Part shown: positions 55,510 through 64,000 of the stretch, one piece after another
How the letters are laid out: the number at the start of each line of letters is the position of its first letter
Position numbering within the stretch: position 1 is the first letter of the stretch
Origin: a virus
Length of the DNA stretch: 64,000 nt
Virus record (IMG/VR): IMGVR_UViG_3300042542_003555
Location: 32,001 to 96,000 of that record
Direction: 5' to 3' (one strand)
The notes under the pieces: model-generated
Seen by the model: only the letters and a program-made list of their open reading frames with translations
Databases searched by the model: none
What the model was told of the DNA's origin: nothing
Program-made: the position numbers and the translations under genes

Positions 55510-55767
55510 TTAACGAACTTTGTTACAATCGGGTACAGCAACAAGATAGTTGGTATATTCATTGTGTGGACGCACAAAGTAACAGTTACCGTTGACATCC
55601 CACACTAAATGATTTTGAACACCTTTTACCTCAGAGAGTGCAGGTGGGTTCTTTAATTCTTCAAAATTTTTTCTGGCAGACAAATATAAAACGCTTGCCA
55701 TACCAATCAAAACAAATGCCATCATAATATAACTAAGGTGATTCTTCAAATACTGAATTACTTTCAT
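55510..55767 (-). CDS. Membrane-anchored hypothetical protein
   Basis: N-terminal TM segment, two Cys. Confidence 0.6.
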   Translation of the reverse strand: MKVIQYLKNHLSYIMMAFVLIGMASVLYLSARKNFEELKNPPALSEVKGVQNHLVWDVNGNCYFVRPHNEYTNYLVAVPDCNKVR

Positions 55768-55769
55768 AA

Positions 55770-56042
55770 TTAAAATACTCCAATTACATTTTTAATAAAC
55801 GGATATGTAGTATAACATAAAAGACTTAGAATAGCAACAACAATTGTATAGAATACCACTTTCTTTGCTCTCTCTTGGTAATATTCCATTTCAAAATTAA
55901 TCATATCTCTTTGTGCCCGCATCATAGGAGATACATCACCATCTAACATGGCATATGTTTTGTCTGCTTCTTCTAATCTACGTTTGGCACTAATGTAATG
56001 AATAATGGATATCATGCTATACAATCCTTCATCTCTCTCCAA
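55770..56042 (-). CDS. Hypothetical membrane protein
   Basis: C-terminal TM segment. Confidence 0.55.
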   Translation of the reverse strand: MERDEGLYSMISIIHYISAKRRLEEADKTYAMLDGDVSPMMRAQRDMINFEMEYYQERAKKVVFYTIVVAILSLLCYTTYPFIKNVIGVF

Positions 56043-56263
56043 TAGTTTCGTTCAGCCCAATGAGTAATGCACCAATCATGTATGCACCACTCTGAAGTGA
56101 GTTTCTCAATAGGTTGATTGTTTTCAACCATTCTTACATACCAATAGGTCCAGTAATCATCAAGAATTTCTTTTTCTGATAGTGTTTCCCAATGTGTATA
56201 CTCTTGCCCTAATGTATTTTCGTCGGGATAGCAGATAGTGTAATACCTCATTGTCAATCCCAC
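56012..56263 (-). CDS. Trp-rich hypothetical protein
   Basis: ETLSE.EIL..YW..W..CI.DW...HWA. Confidence 0.55.
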   Translation of the reverse strand: MGLTMRYYTICYPDENTLGQEYTHWETLSEKEILDDYWTYWYVRMVENNQPIEKLTSEWCIHDWCITHWAERNYWREMKDCIA

Positions 56264-56988
56264 AGCCCACTATAGTATTTACCAAACAGTCTTAGGCCAT
56301 TCTGTACACGGTCCTCTACTTTCTGCATACCTTCATAGTCACACACATAGGTATGTTTTGGTCCATGACCCATCTGATAGAATGAGTGTTCACCTTTAGC
56401 TACTTCATTACCATCTTTATCAACAGGAATCCAAGTCATATCAATTTCACCAGAACTGAATGATTCTTTCCATGTATCATCTACAATATGCTCAAAAGCA
56501 AAAATCATTTCATTTAGCACCCAATCCCATCGTTTATGGATATCATATCCATCAGACACATCTTCATTGTAAAAATCAAATACTTTTTGTGAGTCCCAAT
56601 CTTCAGTTGTGGTTGTTCGCATGTATTCTGGCACATCTTCAATGTCAACCATAGGTGAACCATGTTTAGTATCACGCAGTTGTTTCAACATAGGAAGAAT
56701 GATATGGGCAAGAGTATGATCCATGCTCCATGTATCCCAACGGTCAATCTTTACATACTTAATTGGGGGATGTATCTTATCTAAGATGGTTTGAATACCA
56801 CGGGAGATGGGTGCAAGAAAGTCGGTAACCTTGTCTACCCATTCAGGATGTTCAATGTATTTCTCATCGTTAATGATAGCATGGCGATTACGGCTACATT
56901 TAGACCAATCAGTCCAAAAGAAGGCATAATCAATCCATGTGTATGGTGAATACCAGTGATTACGATAATTGGAAATATATACCTTCAT
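56254..56988 (-). CDS. Conserved phage hypothetical protein
   Basis: IDRWDTWSMDHTLA.II.PMLKQL..HG.P..W.W.L.EMI.AF..GL.LFGKY. Confidence 0.7.
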   Translation of the reverse strand: MKVYISNYRNHWYSPYTWIDYAFFWTDWSKCSRNRHAIINDEKYIEHPEWVDKVTDFLAPISRGIQTILDKIHPPIKYVKIDRWDTWSMDHTLAHIILPMLKQLRDTKHGSPMVDIEDVPEYMRTTTTEDWDSQKVFDFYNEDVSDGYDIHKRWDWVLNEMIFAFEHIVDDTWKESFSSGEIDMTWIPVDKDGNEVAKGEHSFYQMGHGPKHTYVCDYEGMQKVEDRVQNGLRLFGKYYSGLWD

Positions 56989-57089
56989 CTCAACTCCACA
57001 AATACTTTATCATACATAACATGGCTAGAATGTAAGTGATGCCTTTACCAATAGCAAATATACTGTGCCATACTTTTATCATTTGAATT

Positions 57090-57227
57090 TCAGTCACTAT
57101 CTTTCTCCATAATATACATCATAACAAACAAACCAATTAATGTCAATACAAAACCAAAAGGATCACCAAGACGAATGGTAAAAAAGAGAAAAAGAAAAAA
57201 GATGAAGTAGATTAAACTATTTTCCAT
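57090..57227 (-). CDS. Small two-TM protein (45 aa)
   Basis: Not in track: MENSLIYFIFFLFLFFTIRLGDPFGFVLTLIGLFVMMYIMEKDSD. Confidence 0.4.
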   Translation of the reverse strand: MENSLIYFIFFLFLFFTIRLGDPFGFVLTLIGLFVMMYIMEKDSD

Positions 57228-57429
57228 TTATGGTGGCATTGATTTGTTGAGCAGGAATGCCAATATCATAAGCCATACAATGATGTGTCAATAGTCTAAT
57301 GATAATAGCAGCCTTATTTATGAGTATACCACGCTCATGCTCACCGAATTGATTTTGAAGCATAGCATACTCACTTAATTGTTCAATGAACTTATCAACG
57401 ACCAAAGAGTCCTTGACTATCTCGCTCAT
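57217..57429 (-). CDS. Hypothetical protein
   Basis: Coupled ORF. Confidence 0.5.
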   Translation of the reverse strand: MSEIVKDSLVVDKFIEQLSEYAMLQNQFGEHERGILINKAAIIIRLLTHHCMAYDIGIPAQQINATINGK

Positions 57430-57830
57430 TTGGTTAAGTCTCCCAATTCCTTGTAGCCTTTATATGTAGGATGCACTCCGTCTGCACTTATATTATTCTC
57501 TGGTCTAGGAATAAAAACATCATCAAAATCAAACGCAACACGAATTACTGCCTCAACTTGTTTAGGTTTTAATTTCTGACTAGGTAATAACCAGAACACT
57601 CTATCTGCTTTTACTTTACTTCTTAAAGTTCGAATGTTTTCTTCAGTATTTACACCTAGATCATTAGCACCCAAACTAATAATTACAGTTTTTGCTGGTT
57701 GCAGTTTATTGAGATATTTTTTATTCCAGTCTCTTGAGTTAATACCGCTTTTGGCATAAGCCACGCATTCTTTACGAACCTGACTGACACCAACAGCAAT
57801 ACTATCACCAACAATCAGACACTCAATCAT
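57426..57830 (-). CDS. SGNH/GDSL hydrolase
   Basis: GDSIA, LGAND and DGVHP catalytic blocks. Confidence 0.85.
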   Translation of the reverse strand: MIECLIVGDSIAVGVSQVRKECVAYAKSGINSRDWNKKYLNKLQPAKTVIISLGANDLGVNTEENIRTLRSKVKADRVFWLLPSQKLKPKQVEAVIRVAFDFDDVFIPRPENNISADGVHPTYKGYKELGDLTK

Positions 57831-58042
57831 TTTTCATCTCCATATATAGGAAACAGTTTCAATGCCTCTAGCTTATCTTGATATTCTGCAATGTATGCTA
57901 ATTCTTTTTCAATTGCATCCATCAGATCGGTATGTTCAGGCAATGCTGTGGGATTCTGTAACATCACCTCAACATTTACCCGATGTTTTTGAATATGGCT
58001 TTGAAAATGAATCATACTAGCTTTGAGAATTTCGTTACGCAT
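57827..58042 (-). CDS. Conserved hypothetical protein
   Basis: H..NVEV...NP....EH.D..AIEKEL..IAEY.DKLE. Confidence 0.65.
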   Translation of the reverse strand: MRNEILKASMIHFQSHIQKHRVNVEVMLQNPTALPEHTDLMDAIEKELAYIAEYQDKLEALKLFPIYGDEK

Positions 58043-58044
58043 AA

Positions 58045-58875
58045 TTATACCTCCACATATTTGAGTTTAAAGTTATCTGCACGATCCTCATACCCATCAT
58101 AGCCACGAGGATTACAAACGACACGGGTAGTACCTACCATGTAATCAAAGTCATCATGGGTATGACCGTGCGTCCACAGTTTGATATTACGATGGTCAAG
58201 AATAAATTGTACCAAATCACTAGAATATGCACCATTCATATGGTGTTCTTTCTTATATTTTGGTTTGACACTTTCTTTTGTTGGTGCATGATGGCCAACA
58301 ACCACAAACTTGGTTTCTGGATTCAACGACAAGCAAGTTTTCAATTTAGCCAAAAATTGTTTATGGTCTTCTATCGCATCTTGTGGGAGAAACCAACAGT
58401 TCTCACCCACCTGTTTATTTGTAACTATACGAAAATCATTCATGCTTAACTGCACACGGTTGATGGTATATGGATCCCCACTATTCATATCTGTCCACAA
58501 AGTACCACCAAAGAAAATCGTATCATCTATACGAATGCTTTCTTTATCTAAGATGATTAGATTTTCAAATTTAAGATGCTTACGAATCAGAGGTAAAGTC
58601 TCACCAAAGTCACCATTGTAGTGTTCGTGGTTACCTGCAATGTAAAGAACTACCTTGAATTCTTTGCAACAATTTTCCACAAAAGTATAATATCTTTCGG
58701 CCTCTCCCACTAGGCTAGGTGCGGTATCAGCATCACGTAGGATAGGATCCAGATATTTCAAAATTGGAGCAACCAAAATATCACCACCCAGAATGAGTAC
58801 ATCAGCACCTTCAGTATTCTTTAGGTGCAGATCACCAAATTCTAGATGCAGGTCACTACAAACTGCGATTTTCAT
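58045..58875 (-). CDS. Calcineurin-like metallophosphoesterase
   Basis: SDLHLE, GDI, GNHEHY, TLWTD, HHAP, HGHTH, NPRGY. Confidence 0.9.
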   Translation of the reverse strand: MKIAVCSDLHLEFGDLHLKNTEGADVLILGGDILVAPILKYLDPILRDADTAPSLVGEAERYYTFVENCCKEFKVVLYIAGNHEHYNGDFGETLPLIRKHLKFENLIILDKESIRIDDTIFFGGTLWTDMNSGDPYTINRVQLSMNDFRIVTNKQVGENCWFLPQDAIEDHKQFLAKLKTCLSLNPETKFVVVGHHAPTKESVKPKYKKEHHMNGAYSSDLVQFILDHRNIKLWTHGHTHDDFDYMVGTTRVVCNPRGYDGYEDRADNFKLKYVEV

Positions 58876-58894
58876 TGTTTACCTCACAGATATT

Positions 58895-59071
58895 TTATGA
58901 TTTTGTTTTTGAGTATATGCAATATAAACTTGCGTTGGGATCAATATCTTGTTTCTTAAATTCTAAAAGAAGTTTGGAACACTCTGCCATTGTTTTAGTA
59001 GCAGTATATTGTGTAAATTCAAATTTAGGCGGACTAACATTTACCATGGTAACAAAGACTAATACCCACAT
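58895..59071 (-). CDS. Small exported two-Cys protein
   Basis: MWVLVFVTMV...TMAECS...LYC; start moved to the ATG at 59071. Confidence 0.55.
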   Translation of the reverse strand: MWVLVFVTMVNVSPPKFEFTQYTATKTMAECSKLLLEFKKQDIDPNASLYCIYSKTKS

Positions 59072-59083
59072 ATTAATGCACAC

Positions 59084-59323
59084 CTATAGATATCTATATA
59101 TCTCTAACCTAGCTTCTCTTAATGAAGAAAACTTTTTACCTTTTACATAAATGGATCGTGGTGACATAACACGACACTCACCAAGTTTTGTATCAAATGA
59201 ATAGTATGTGGTTTTGCCATCTACCACTTTTGTTTTGCAATGGTAATCATTGACTAGACCAGCAAACATTAGGAATTCACGAAACTCATCCGACACTAGT
59301 TTACGAAGATATGCATTATTCAT
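59084..59323 (-). CDS. Hypothetical early protein
   Basis: Directly behind a sigma70 promoter. Confidence 0.6.
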   Translation of the reverse strand: MNNAYLRKLVSDEFREFLMFAGLVNDYHCKTKVVDGKTTYYSFDTKLGECRVMSPRSIYVKGKKFSSLREARLEIYRYL

Positions 59324-59353
59324 TTGACAACACCTTTTTTCACTTGATAAGAC

Positions 59354-59382
59354 ATTATAACATAGTTGGTGTCAATTGTCAA
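59354..59382 (-). promoter_or_regulatory. Sigma70-type early promoter
   Basis: TTGACA-17 nt-TATAAT. Confidence 0.85.
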
Positions 59383-59718
59383 CTACTTTATTATCCCGCT
59401 GGTTCTTAGCAATTGTGTAACATCTCCAGGTGTCACAAAGACCCTAGCACGAAATACTGTTCTTTGTTCATTGATCAATTCTAGTCTGGTGAATTCAATA
59501 TATTTTCCACTTTCATACATTGCCTCTGCTAGTTTTTGTACTAGGCCATGTTTTATTTTTGTTTCCGGCTCCTGCAACCATTCCAACTCAGATTCATTTA
59601 GGGCAAGTTCAACGACAACAGGTTCACCTCTGATTACAGTGGGAGATACTGTAACTGTGCATACATCATCCACCAATATATGGGGAATATCAGAGATTGG
59701 TATATTAGTAATTGTCAT
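59383..59718 (-). CDS. Hypothetical protein
   Basis: ORF in minus-strand operon. Confidence 0.55.
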   Translation of the reverse strand: MTITNIPISDIPHILVDDVCTVTVSPTVIRGEPVVVELALNESELEWLQEPETKIKHGLVQKLAEAMYESGKYIEFTRLELINEQRTVFRARVFVTPGDVTQLLRTSGIIK

Positions 59719-59731
59719 ATTTTATAATTTA

Positions 59732-59992
59732 TCATTTGATTGATTGATCGGGATGTGGAAAATATCCTTCAGCTATCCCATTGAGTTGAAGCGTTGGTGT
59801 AAAACAATAAATCATTTTCTCACGGTTTATTGTTTCTACATGACAAATAGCATCATGCCAAGGTGAGGGATTCATAGGATTTTTTTGAATGGCCGTTTGG
59901 GGTATTGGCTCACCAGGTACAGAACCTATGGGTGTTGCAATCATAGGCAGAATGGCACATAGTGCATGTGTGCATATCATAGAGACAGGCAT
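59732..59992 (-). CDS. Hypothetical protein
   Basis: ORF in operon; Pro/Cys-containing. Confidence 0.45.
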   Translation of the reverse strand: MPVSMICTHALCAILPMIATPIGSVPGEPIPQTAIQKNPMNPSPWHDAICHVETINREKMIYCFTPTLQLNGIAEGYFPHPDQSIK

Positions 59993-60125
59993 AATTATTC
60001 ACCATTCACTTGTTGTTTCACAACCTCATGCCTAAATGAGGTTACACTCTTATCTACCCATTTAGCCACAGTGGTAAGACCAATAGTAGAAATAATAATA
60101 CCAAAAATTATACCAGTAATGAAGT

Positions 60126-60341
60126 TCACGATTTCTCCTCTTTAGGTTTTTTCACAGGTTTAGGATACTTTGCACACCATATACATTTTGTTGATGGTGT
60201 ATCATAAAAATAAAGACCCATATCAAAACGTTCAGCACCACAAGAAACGCAAGTGAACTTTTTCATTTCAATATCTGGTTCACTTGCTGCCTTTCGTTTT
60301 TTTGTTTGTTTCTTTTCTTCCATAAAATCAAGAATACTCAT
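60126..60341 (-). CDS. Small Zn-ribbon protein
   Basis: CVSC...CIWC. Confidence 0.6.
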   Translation of the reverse strand: MSILDFMEEKKQTKKRKAASEPDIEMKKFTCVSCGAERFDMGLYFYDTPSTKCIWCAKYPKPVKKPKEEKS

Positions 60342-60520
60342 ACTTGTAAATAACTCAAAACATAATCAATTACATCTTGTCGGTCTATCTCAAATACTTC
60401 CAATGGTGTCTTACCTTCAAAGGCAAGATTGGGACTTTCCCACCATTTATTTACCAGTTCATCACTACCTAACATGGCAAATAGACAAGTGTTCAAATCT
60501 TGTTTAGTATTATCTTCCAT
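60338..60520 (-). CDS. Stand-alone Xre/MbcA/ParS antitoxin C-terminal-like domain
   Basis: LG..E....WW.SPN.AFEGKTPL motif of the DUF2384 toxin-binding domain. Confidence 0.65.
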   Translation of the reverse strand: MEDNTKQDLNTCLFAMLGSDELVNKWWESPNLAFEGKTPLEVFEIDRQDVIDYVLSYLQV

Positions 60521-60737
60521 TGTAATAACTCAAAAGACCCGTCATATAGATAGCCACAATGATACATTGCACGGTCATCAGGCTCCACTTACGCCAATAA
60601 TAGCCTAAAGCAAACCACATTACATTACCCACTACTTGCACGATTAGATAATAAGGATATAAATTGAAGGCAGCCATCGCCACGCCAATCAATAGAATGA
60701 CGGTGGCTGACCATTCAAATATAAATTCTTTACTCAC
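60510..60737 (-). CDS. Small multi-pass membrane protein (PnuC-fragment-like)
   Basis: EW.AT..L..G.....N.YP....GN..W; three hydrophobic segments. Confidence 0.55.
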   Translation of the reverse strand: MSKEFIFEWSATVILLIGVAMAAFNLYPYYLIVQVVGNVMWFALGYYWRKWSLMTVQCIIVAIYMTGLLSYYNGR

Positions 60738-61063
60738 GCAGCAACAGGCTCAGGTTGTACTACAGGTGCAGCAGGCTTGCTAGTGCTACCAACATAGCAA
60801 CCATTCTTGTCAAAATCTTTGAAGTTTACAAGTTGGTAAGAGGTCACTTTGCGGCCATCTTTGATGACCTTGATTACGCCATTGTCATACTTGCGGATGT
60901 CATACACAAAGGTAGACAGGCGATACATGAGACTGGACATCTTAGCATCGGCAGCAAAGGATGCTTTGATATCTTCAACACTCATTACCTTACCGCTCAG
61001 GAGAACCTGTGCAACTTTGTTGTGAGGACGAATCTTGGGGGTTTTAGTAGTAGTTTTTGCCAT
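60734..61063 (-). CDS. Basic early protein, possible winged HTH
   Basis: YRLSTFVYDIRK..G.IK..KDGRKV..YQL; GGAG RBS; own promoter. Confidence 0.6.
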   Translation of the reverse strand: MAKTTTKTPKIRPHNKVAQVLLSGKVMSVEDIKASFAADAKMSSLMYRLSTFVYDIRKYDNGVIKVIKDGRKVTSYQLVNFKDFDKNGCYVGSTSKPAAPVVQPEPVAA

Positions 61064-61096
61064 AATATAAATCTCCAATCAAGTTAATAGAACTAC

Positions 61097-61125
61097 AATA
61101 TAACACACTCTGGATGGTATGTCAA
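61097..61125 (-). promoter_or_regulatory. Sigma70-type early promoter
   Basis: TTGACA-17 nt-TATATT. Confidence 0.7.
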
Positions 61126-61128
61126 GGG

Positions 61129-62280
61129 TTAGAATGGAACTTCGCCAGTCTGTGGTGGCACAGATACTGGTTCTGGTTCATTCGCTTTTGCATCAATCTT
61201 GGTATACAAATCCAAGAATGACATTTTGGTTTCTGCATCAAAGCGGGCAACACACAATTCAATCGCTCTCATACGGTCACCAAAAATCGTATATGCCATA
61301 GCAATGTGAACAAGACGGCGAGTAGAAATAATTTCATCTACGGCATTCTCATCAAACGATTTACGAATAACATCTGCCCATTGCACAAGCAATTCAACAA
61401 ATTCTTTATCTTCAATAAGAGGAGTAAGAATCTTCTTCTCTGTTTTGATATCAGGATATTCCTGTTCAACAGTAATTGGGAAACGCTCAAGGAAGGCATC
61501 ATCAAGAATTTGTGACAGATACTTACCTTCATCAGAGCCACGACCTTTGGTGTTTGCAGTAGCAACCACATTGAAGCCATTTGCAGGATAAACCATTTCG
61601 CCATTCTTTTTATTGAAGTATGGCTTACCTTCTAGAATACCTTGAAGGCACATAAGTTTATTAGAACCACGGTCTACCTCATCAATCAATAAAACAGCAC
61701 CTCGTTTCATTGCAAGAATAACAGGACCGTCACGGTTAACCACATTACCATCAACAAGTGTAGGACCACCAAGCAGATCAGATTCATCCGTTTCAATAGA
61801 AATATTAACACGGATACATTCACGTTTAAGAGTAGCACACACTTGCTCAACCATCAAGGTCTTGCCGTTACCAGATAGACCAGTAACGAACACAGGATAG
61901 AATTTTTTTGAGCCAATGATTTTATTCAGGTCTTTGTAAAAACCAAACGGAACATAATCGGGAAAGATATCGGGAATTGATGGTTCTGATTCATCAATCA
62001 ATTTGGGTTGCTTGAAAGCCAGTACCTGAGCCGCTAGTTCAACGGTTTCGGTTTCTGCTACCTCAATGGGTGCGGGAGAGTTTACCTGAGGTTTTACCTC
62101 AGTCATAGGAAGTTTGTATTGACCACGACCTGCACGATAAGCAGGACGGGAAACAAACCAATAAGGATAGGAAAGACCTTTTTCATTTACTACCTTGTCA
62201 ATTTGGTCACGGTTGATAATTGCACCTGCACCAAACACCTCTGTGGCGGCTTCAACAAAAGCCATAGCATTACGATTCAT
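61129..62280 (-). CDS. cobS: CobS-like MoxR AAA+ ATPase
   Basis: GLSGNGKT Walker A, LLIDEVD Walker B, ATANTKGRG, AFLERF; start moved to 62280 behind GAGG. Confidence 0.88.
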   Translation of the reverse strand: MNRNAMAFVEAATEVFGAGAIINRDQIDKVVNEKGLSYPYWFVSRPAYRAGRGQYKLPMTEVKPQVNSPAPIEVAETETVELAAQVLAFKQPKLIDESEPSIPDIFPDYVPFGFYKDLNKIIGSKKFYPVFVTGLSGNGKTLMVEQVCATLKRECIRVNISIETDESDLLGGPTLVDGNVVNRDGPVILAMKRGAVLLIDEVDRGSNKLMCLQGILEGKPYFNKKNGEMVYPANGFNVVATANTKGRGSDEGKYLSQILDDAFLERFPITVEQEYPDIKTEKKILTPLIEDKEFVELLVQWADVIRKSFDENAVDEIISTRRLVHIAMAYTIFGDRMRAIELCVARFDAETKMSFLDLYTKIDAKANEPEPVSVPPQTGEVPF

Positions 62281-62290
62281 TTTCACCTCA

Positions 62291-62461
62291 TCAAGTTTGT
62301 TCATAATAATTAAATCCATCAGGATAGCCAACACCCATGGCTTCCATGATTTTTATTACCTCATCAATCGACATACTCATATATAATGCAACCTGCCTAG
62401 GTGTCATACCATCTTCAATCAATTCCATGACACCAAGAACCTGATTTTTCATCTTACCCAT
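62291..62461 (-). CDS. Small HTH-like early protein (56 aa)
   Basis: Not in track: MGKMKNQVLGVMELIEDGMTPRQVALYMSMSIDEV...; GAGG RBS, promoter upstream. Confidence 0.6.
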   Translation of the reverse strand: MGKMKNQVLGVMELIEDGMTPRQVALYMSMSIDEVIKIMEAMGVGYPDGFNYYEQT

Positions 62462-62491
62462 TTGTTTACCTCAATGTTACCAACATCATTA

Positions 62492-62520
62492 ATTATAATG
62501 GTTATCGGACGAATTGTCAA
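62492..62520 (-). promoter_or_regulatory. Sigma70-type early promoter
   Basis: TTGACA-17 nt-TATAAT. Confidence 0.85.
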
Positions 62521-62552
62521 CAAGTTTACCTGACTGTTGCAAAAAAGCAACA

Positions 62553-62891
62553 TCAGGCTCCTGTCCAACTTACATTCCCATAATTAAAGCACAGGACGTT
62601 ACCTCTGGCAAAGTTGGTAGCAGGTGCATTCCAACTGGCAGCCTTCAATATATCGCCTTTCTTAAATTTAGGACCATCTTCTTTTACGATAAAAGAATGA
62701 ACCGATGATCCCTGTATAACCTTGATATATTTGCTGCCTTCCTTGTACCGGAGTTTATTTGCAAACTCCTCGGTCATTTTTTCACGGACCTGACGGGAAA
62801 CCTCATCAAGTGCATCCTCGGGACGGCTCCAGGTTTTATAGTTTTCAAGGAGATAACGGAGATAGGAATTCATTTCATTTTGAAAATTCAT
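62553..62891 (-). CDS. Conserved phage early protein
   Basis: G.KYIKV..SVHSFI..GDILKAASW.APA..ARGN. Confidence 0.7.
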   Translation of the reverse strand: MNFQNEMNSYLRYLLENYKTWSRPEDALDEVSRQVREKMTEEFANKLRYKEGSKYIKVIQGSSVHSFIVKEDGPKFKKGDILKAASWNAPATNFARGNVLCFNYGNVSWTGA

Positions 62892-62895
62892 ATTC

Positions 62896-63123
62896 TTAAC
62901 CTCTTACAAAATTTTTAACAGTGGTAGAACGAATAATTTCCATTGTATTTTTGAAAACTTCCTCGCTTACATTTTCTGCAAGTGTATTCAATAGCATTTG
63001 ATTAATATACCCCAGGGTATAGGAATCAGACTTGTATTTTTCATAATTAACAGCCATGAAACTTTTGAGAACCGCTTCGGCTTCGGCACGACGGCGATTC
63101 ATTTTATATAACGATTTTGCCAT
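62896..63123 (-). CDS. Hypothetical early protein
   Basis: GAGGAG RBS places the start at MAKSLY (63123). Confidence 0.6.
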   Translation of the reverse strand: MAKSLYKMNRRRAEAEAVLKSFMAVNYEKYKSDSYTLGYINQMLLNTLAENVSEEVFKNTMEIIRSTTVKNFVRG

Positions 63124-63153
63124 TGTTTTCTCCTCATCAATCAATATGGATAC

Positions 63154-63182
63154 ATTATGGGGCATCCATGCCGAATTGTCAA
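63154..63182 (-). promoter_or_regulatory. Sigma70-type early promoter
   Basis: TTGACA-17 nt-CATAAT. Confidence 0.75.
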
Positions 63183-63314
63183 GGGCTATTTTTGTTGCAT
63201 TTTTGATAACATGCCTGCTGGACCGTCTAGGACCTAGTGGCTATGCGGTCCAACGGGAGGCTAGGAAGGGCTATAGGAGGTTTTCTGATAGTGGTCCATA
63301 TGGAGATATAGACC

Positions 63315-63343
63315 AAAAAAAGAGCCTCCTATGCGGAGGCTCT
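63315..63343 (-). terminator. Intrinsic terminator
   Basis: agagcctcc-tatgc-ggaggctct stem followed by a U-run on the minus strand. Confidence 0.85.
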
Positions 63344-63374
63344 GGAAATTATCAAAAAAACAATTGTTGGATTG

Positions 63375-63770
63375 TCAACCCCAGGTGCGGTGGCTTTCGG
63401 CAATATGCTCCATGCCATCATATTCTTTTATTACCCATGTAATATCATCGGGAATATCCACGATTTTCAATTCAGAATAATCACCATTGGCCGCTTTACC
63501 CATTTCCTTTACGGTCTGAATCAATGCGGGGTCATTCCTTTCCACATCATATAATGATAGGTACACCGAATTGATTTTTTTGTAGTCTCCTGTTTCCTCG
63601 GCTTCCTTTTCTAAGGCATCATATTCATCCTCAGGAACGGTTGAATATGACCAAAGGTGGTATTTGTCTTTGAAAGGATACACTTTGATGCCTTTCAATT
63701 CATAGTAACGCATCATGCCTTCATGCGATAGGTTGAAACCACCATAACAGGTATTGATTACTACTTTCAT
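63375..63770 (-). CDS. Conserved phage hypothetical protein
   Basis: KVVIN.CYGGF.LS...R.DP.LIQ.V..G..A...L.IV.IP..W.I.EYDG.E. Confidence 0.75.
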   Translation of the reverse strand: MKVVINTCYGGFNLSHEGMMRYYELKGIKVYPFKDKYHLWSYSTVPEDEYDALEKEAEETGDYKKINSVYLSLYDVERNDPALIQTVKEMGKAANGDYSELKIVDIPDDITWVIKEYDGMEHIAESHRTWG

Positions 63771-63778
63771 TTTTACTC

Positions 63779-63997
63779 CTATCCAAAAATAGCCTGATTC
63801 ATTTCATACACTTTTATTTCCTTGTCCGTGTATTCTACGGCATGCCACTCACCGTCAGGTGTCTGGGCACGGATAATATCAAAAGAATACACGGATCCCA
63901 TTTCAGTAAAAAAGCCTTCAACCTCTGCAAAGCGGGTTGTGGACTTTTTATTATCCATCATGGTTCCAAACCATCCATTACGGAGTTGGAAACGCAT
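63779..63997 (-). CDS. Hypothetical protein (start probably beyond the window edge)
   Basis: ORF abutting the window edge. Confidence 0.5.
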   Translation of the reverse strand: MRFQLRNGWFGTMMDNKKSTTRFAEVEGFFTEMGSVYSFDIIRAQTPDGEWHAVEYTDKEIKVYEMNQAIFG

Positions 63998-64000
63998 TCC

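Noticed and set aside
61129-62280. Cobalamin biosynthesis function
   Set aside because: Phage CobS-like proteins are MoxR AAA+ ATPases, and no cobalamin pathway genes are nearby

Overview
64 kb of an AT-rich, T4-like (Tevenvirinae/Kyanoviridae-style) large myovirus genome, probably infecting an aquatic betaproteobacterium (inferred from the host-type pqqA, rubrerythrin and tmRNA tag). 1-36.2 kb (minus strand) holds the tail-fibre and baseplate late genes: many modular fibre genes, a DUF4815/VrlC-like giant protein split in two with a Hint module at the break, gp8, gp7, gp6, gp25, a gp5 spike broken into separate ORFs, a hub protein, gp53 and gp48. 36.2-40.9 kb (plus strand) holds gp4, gp2, a tube-family protein, gp26, gp51 and an M23-peptidase-bearing gp29-like protein. 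41-64 kb (minus strand) holds gp32, gp59, gp33, an antisense GIY-YIG homing endonuclease, a SleB hydrolase and an auxiliary region: rubrerythrin, a 24-aa PqqA missed by the ORF track, a circularly permuted two-piece tmRNA (tag ANDEKFALAA) preceded by a tRNA-like element, five 2OG-Fe(II) oxygenases, a methyltransferase, phoH, a PlcP/LpxH2-GT2 pair behind a Pho-box-like repeat, a DenV-like glycosylase, an orphan MbcA/ParS-like antitoxin domain, CobS and small early genes with near-consensus sigma70 promoters. The most notable candidates are the Hedgehog-like Hint + helical-tail module that cuts a virion protein mid-domain, the permuted tmRNA/pqqA/rubrerythrin island, a possible phosphate-starvation lipid-remodelling module, and a set of Gly-rich adhesin cassettes sharing a junction sequence. 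All calls come from motif recognition by eye; no database searches were run.
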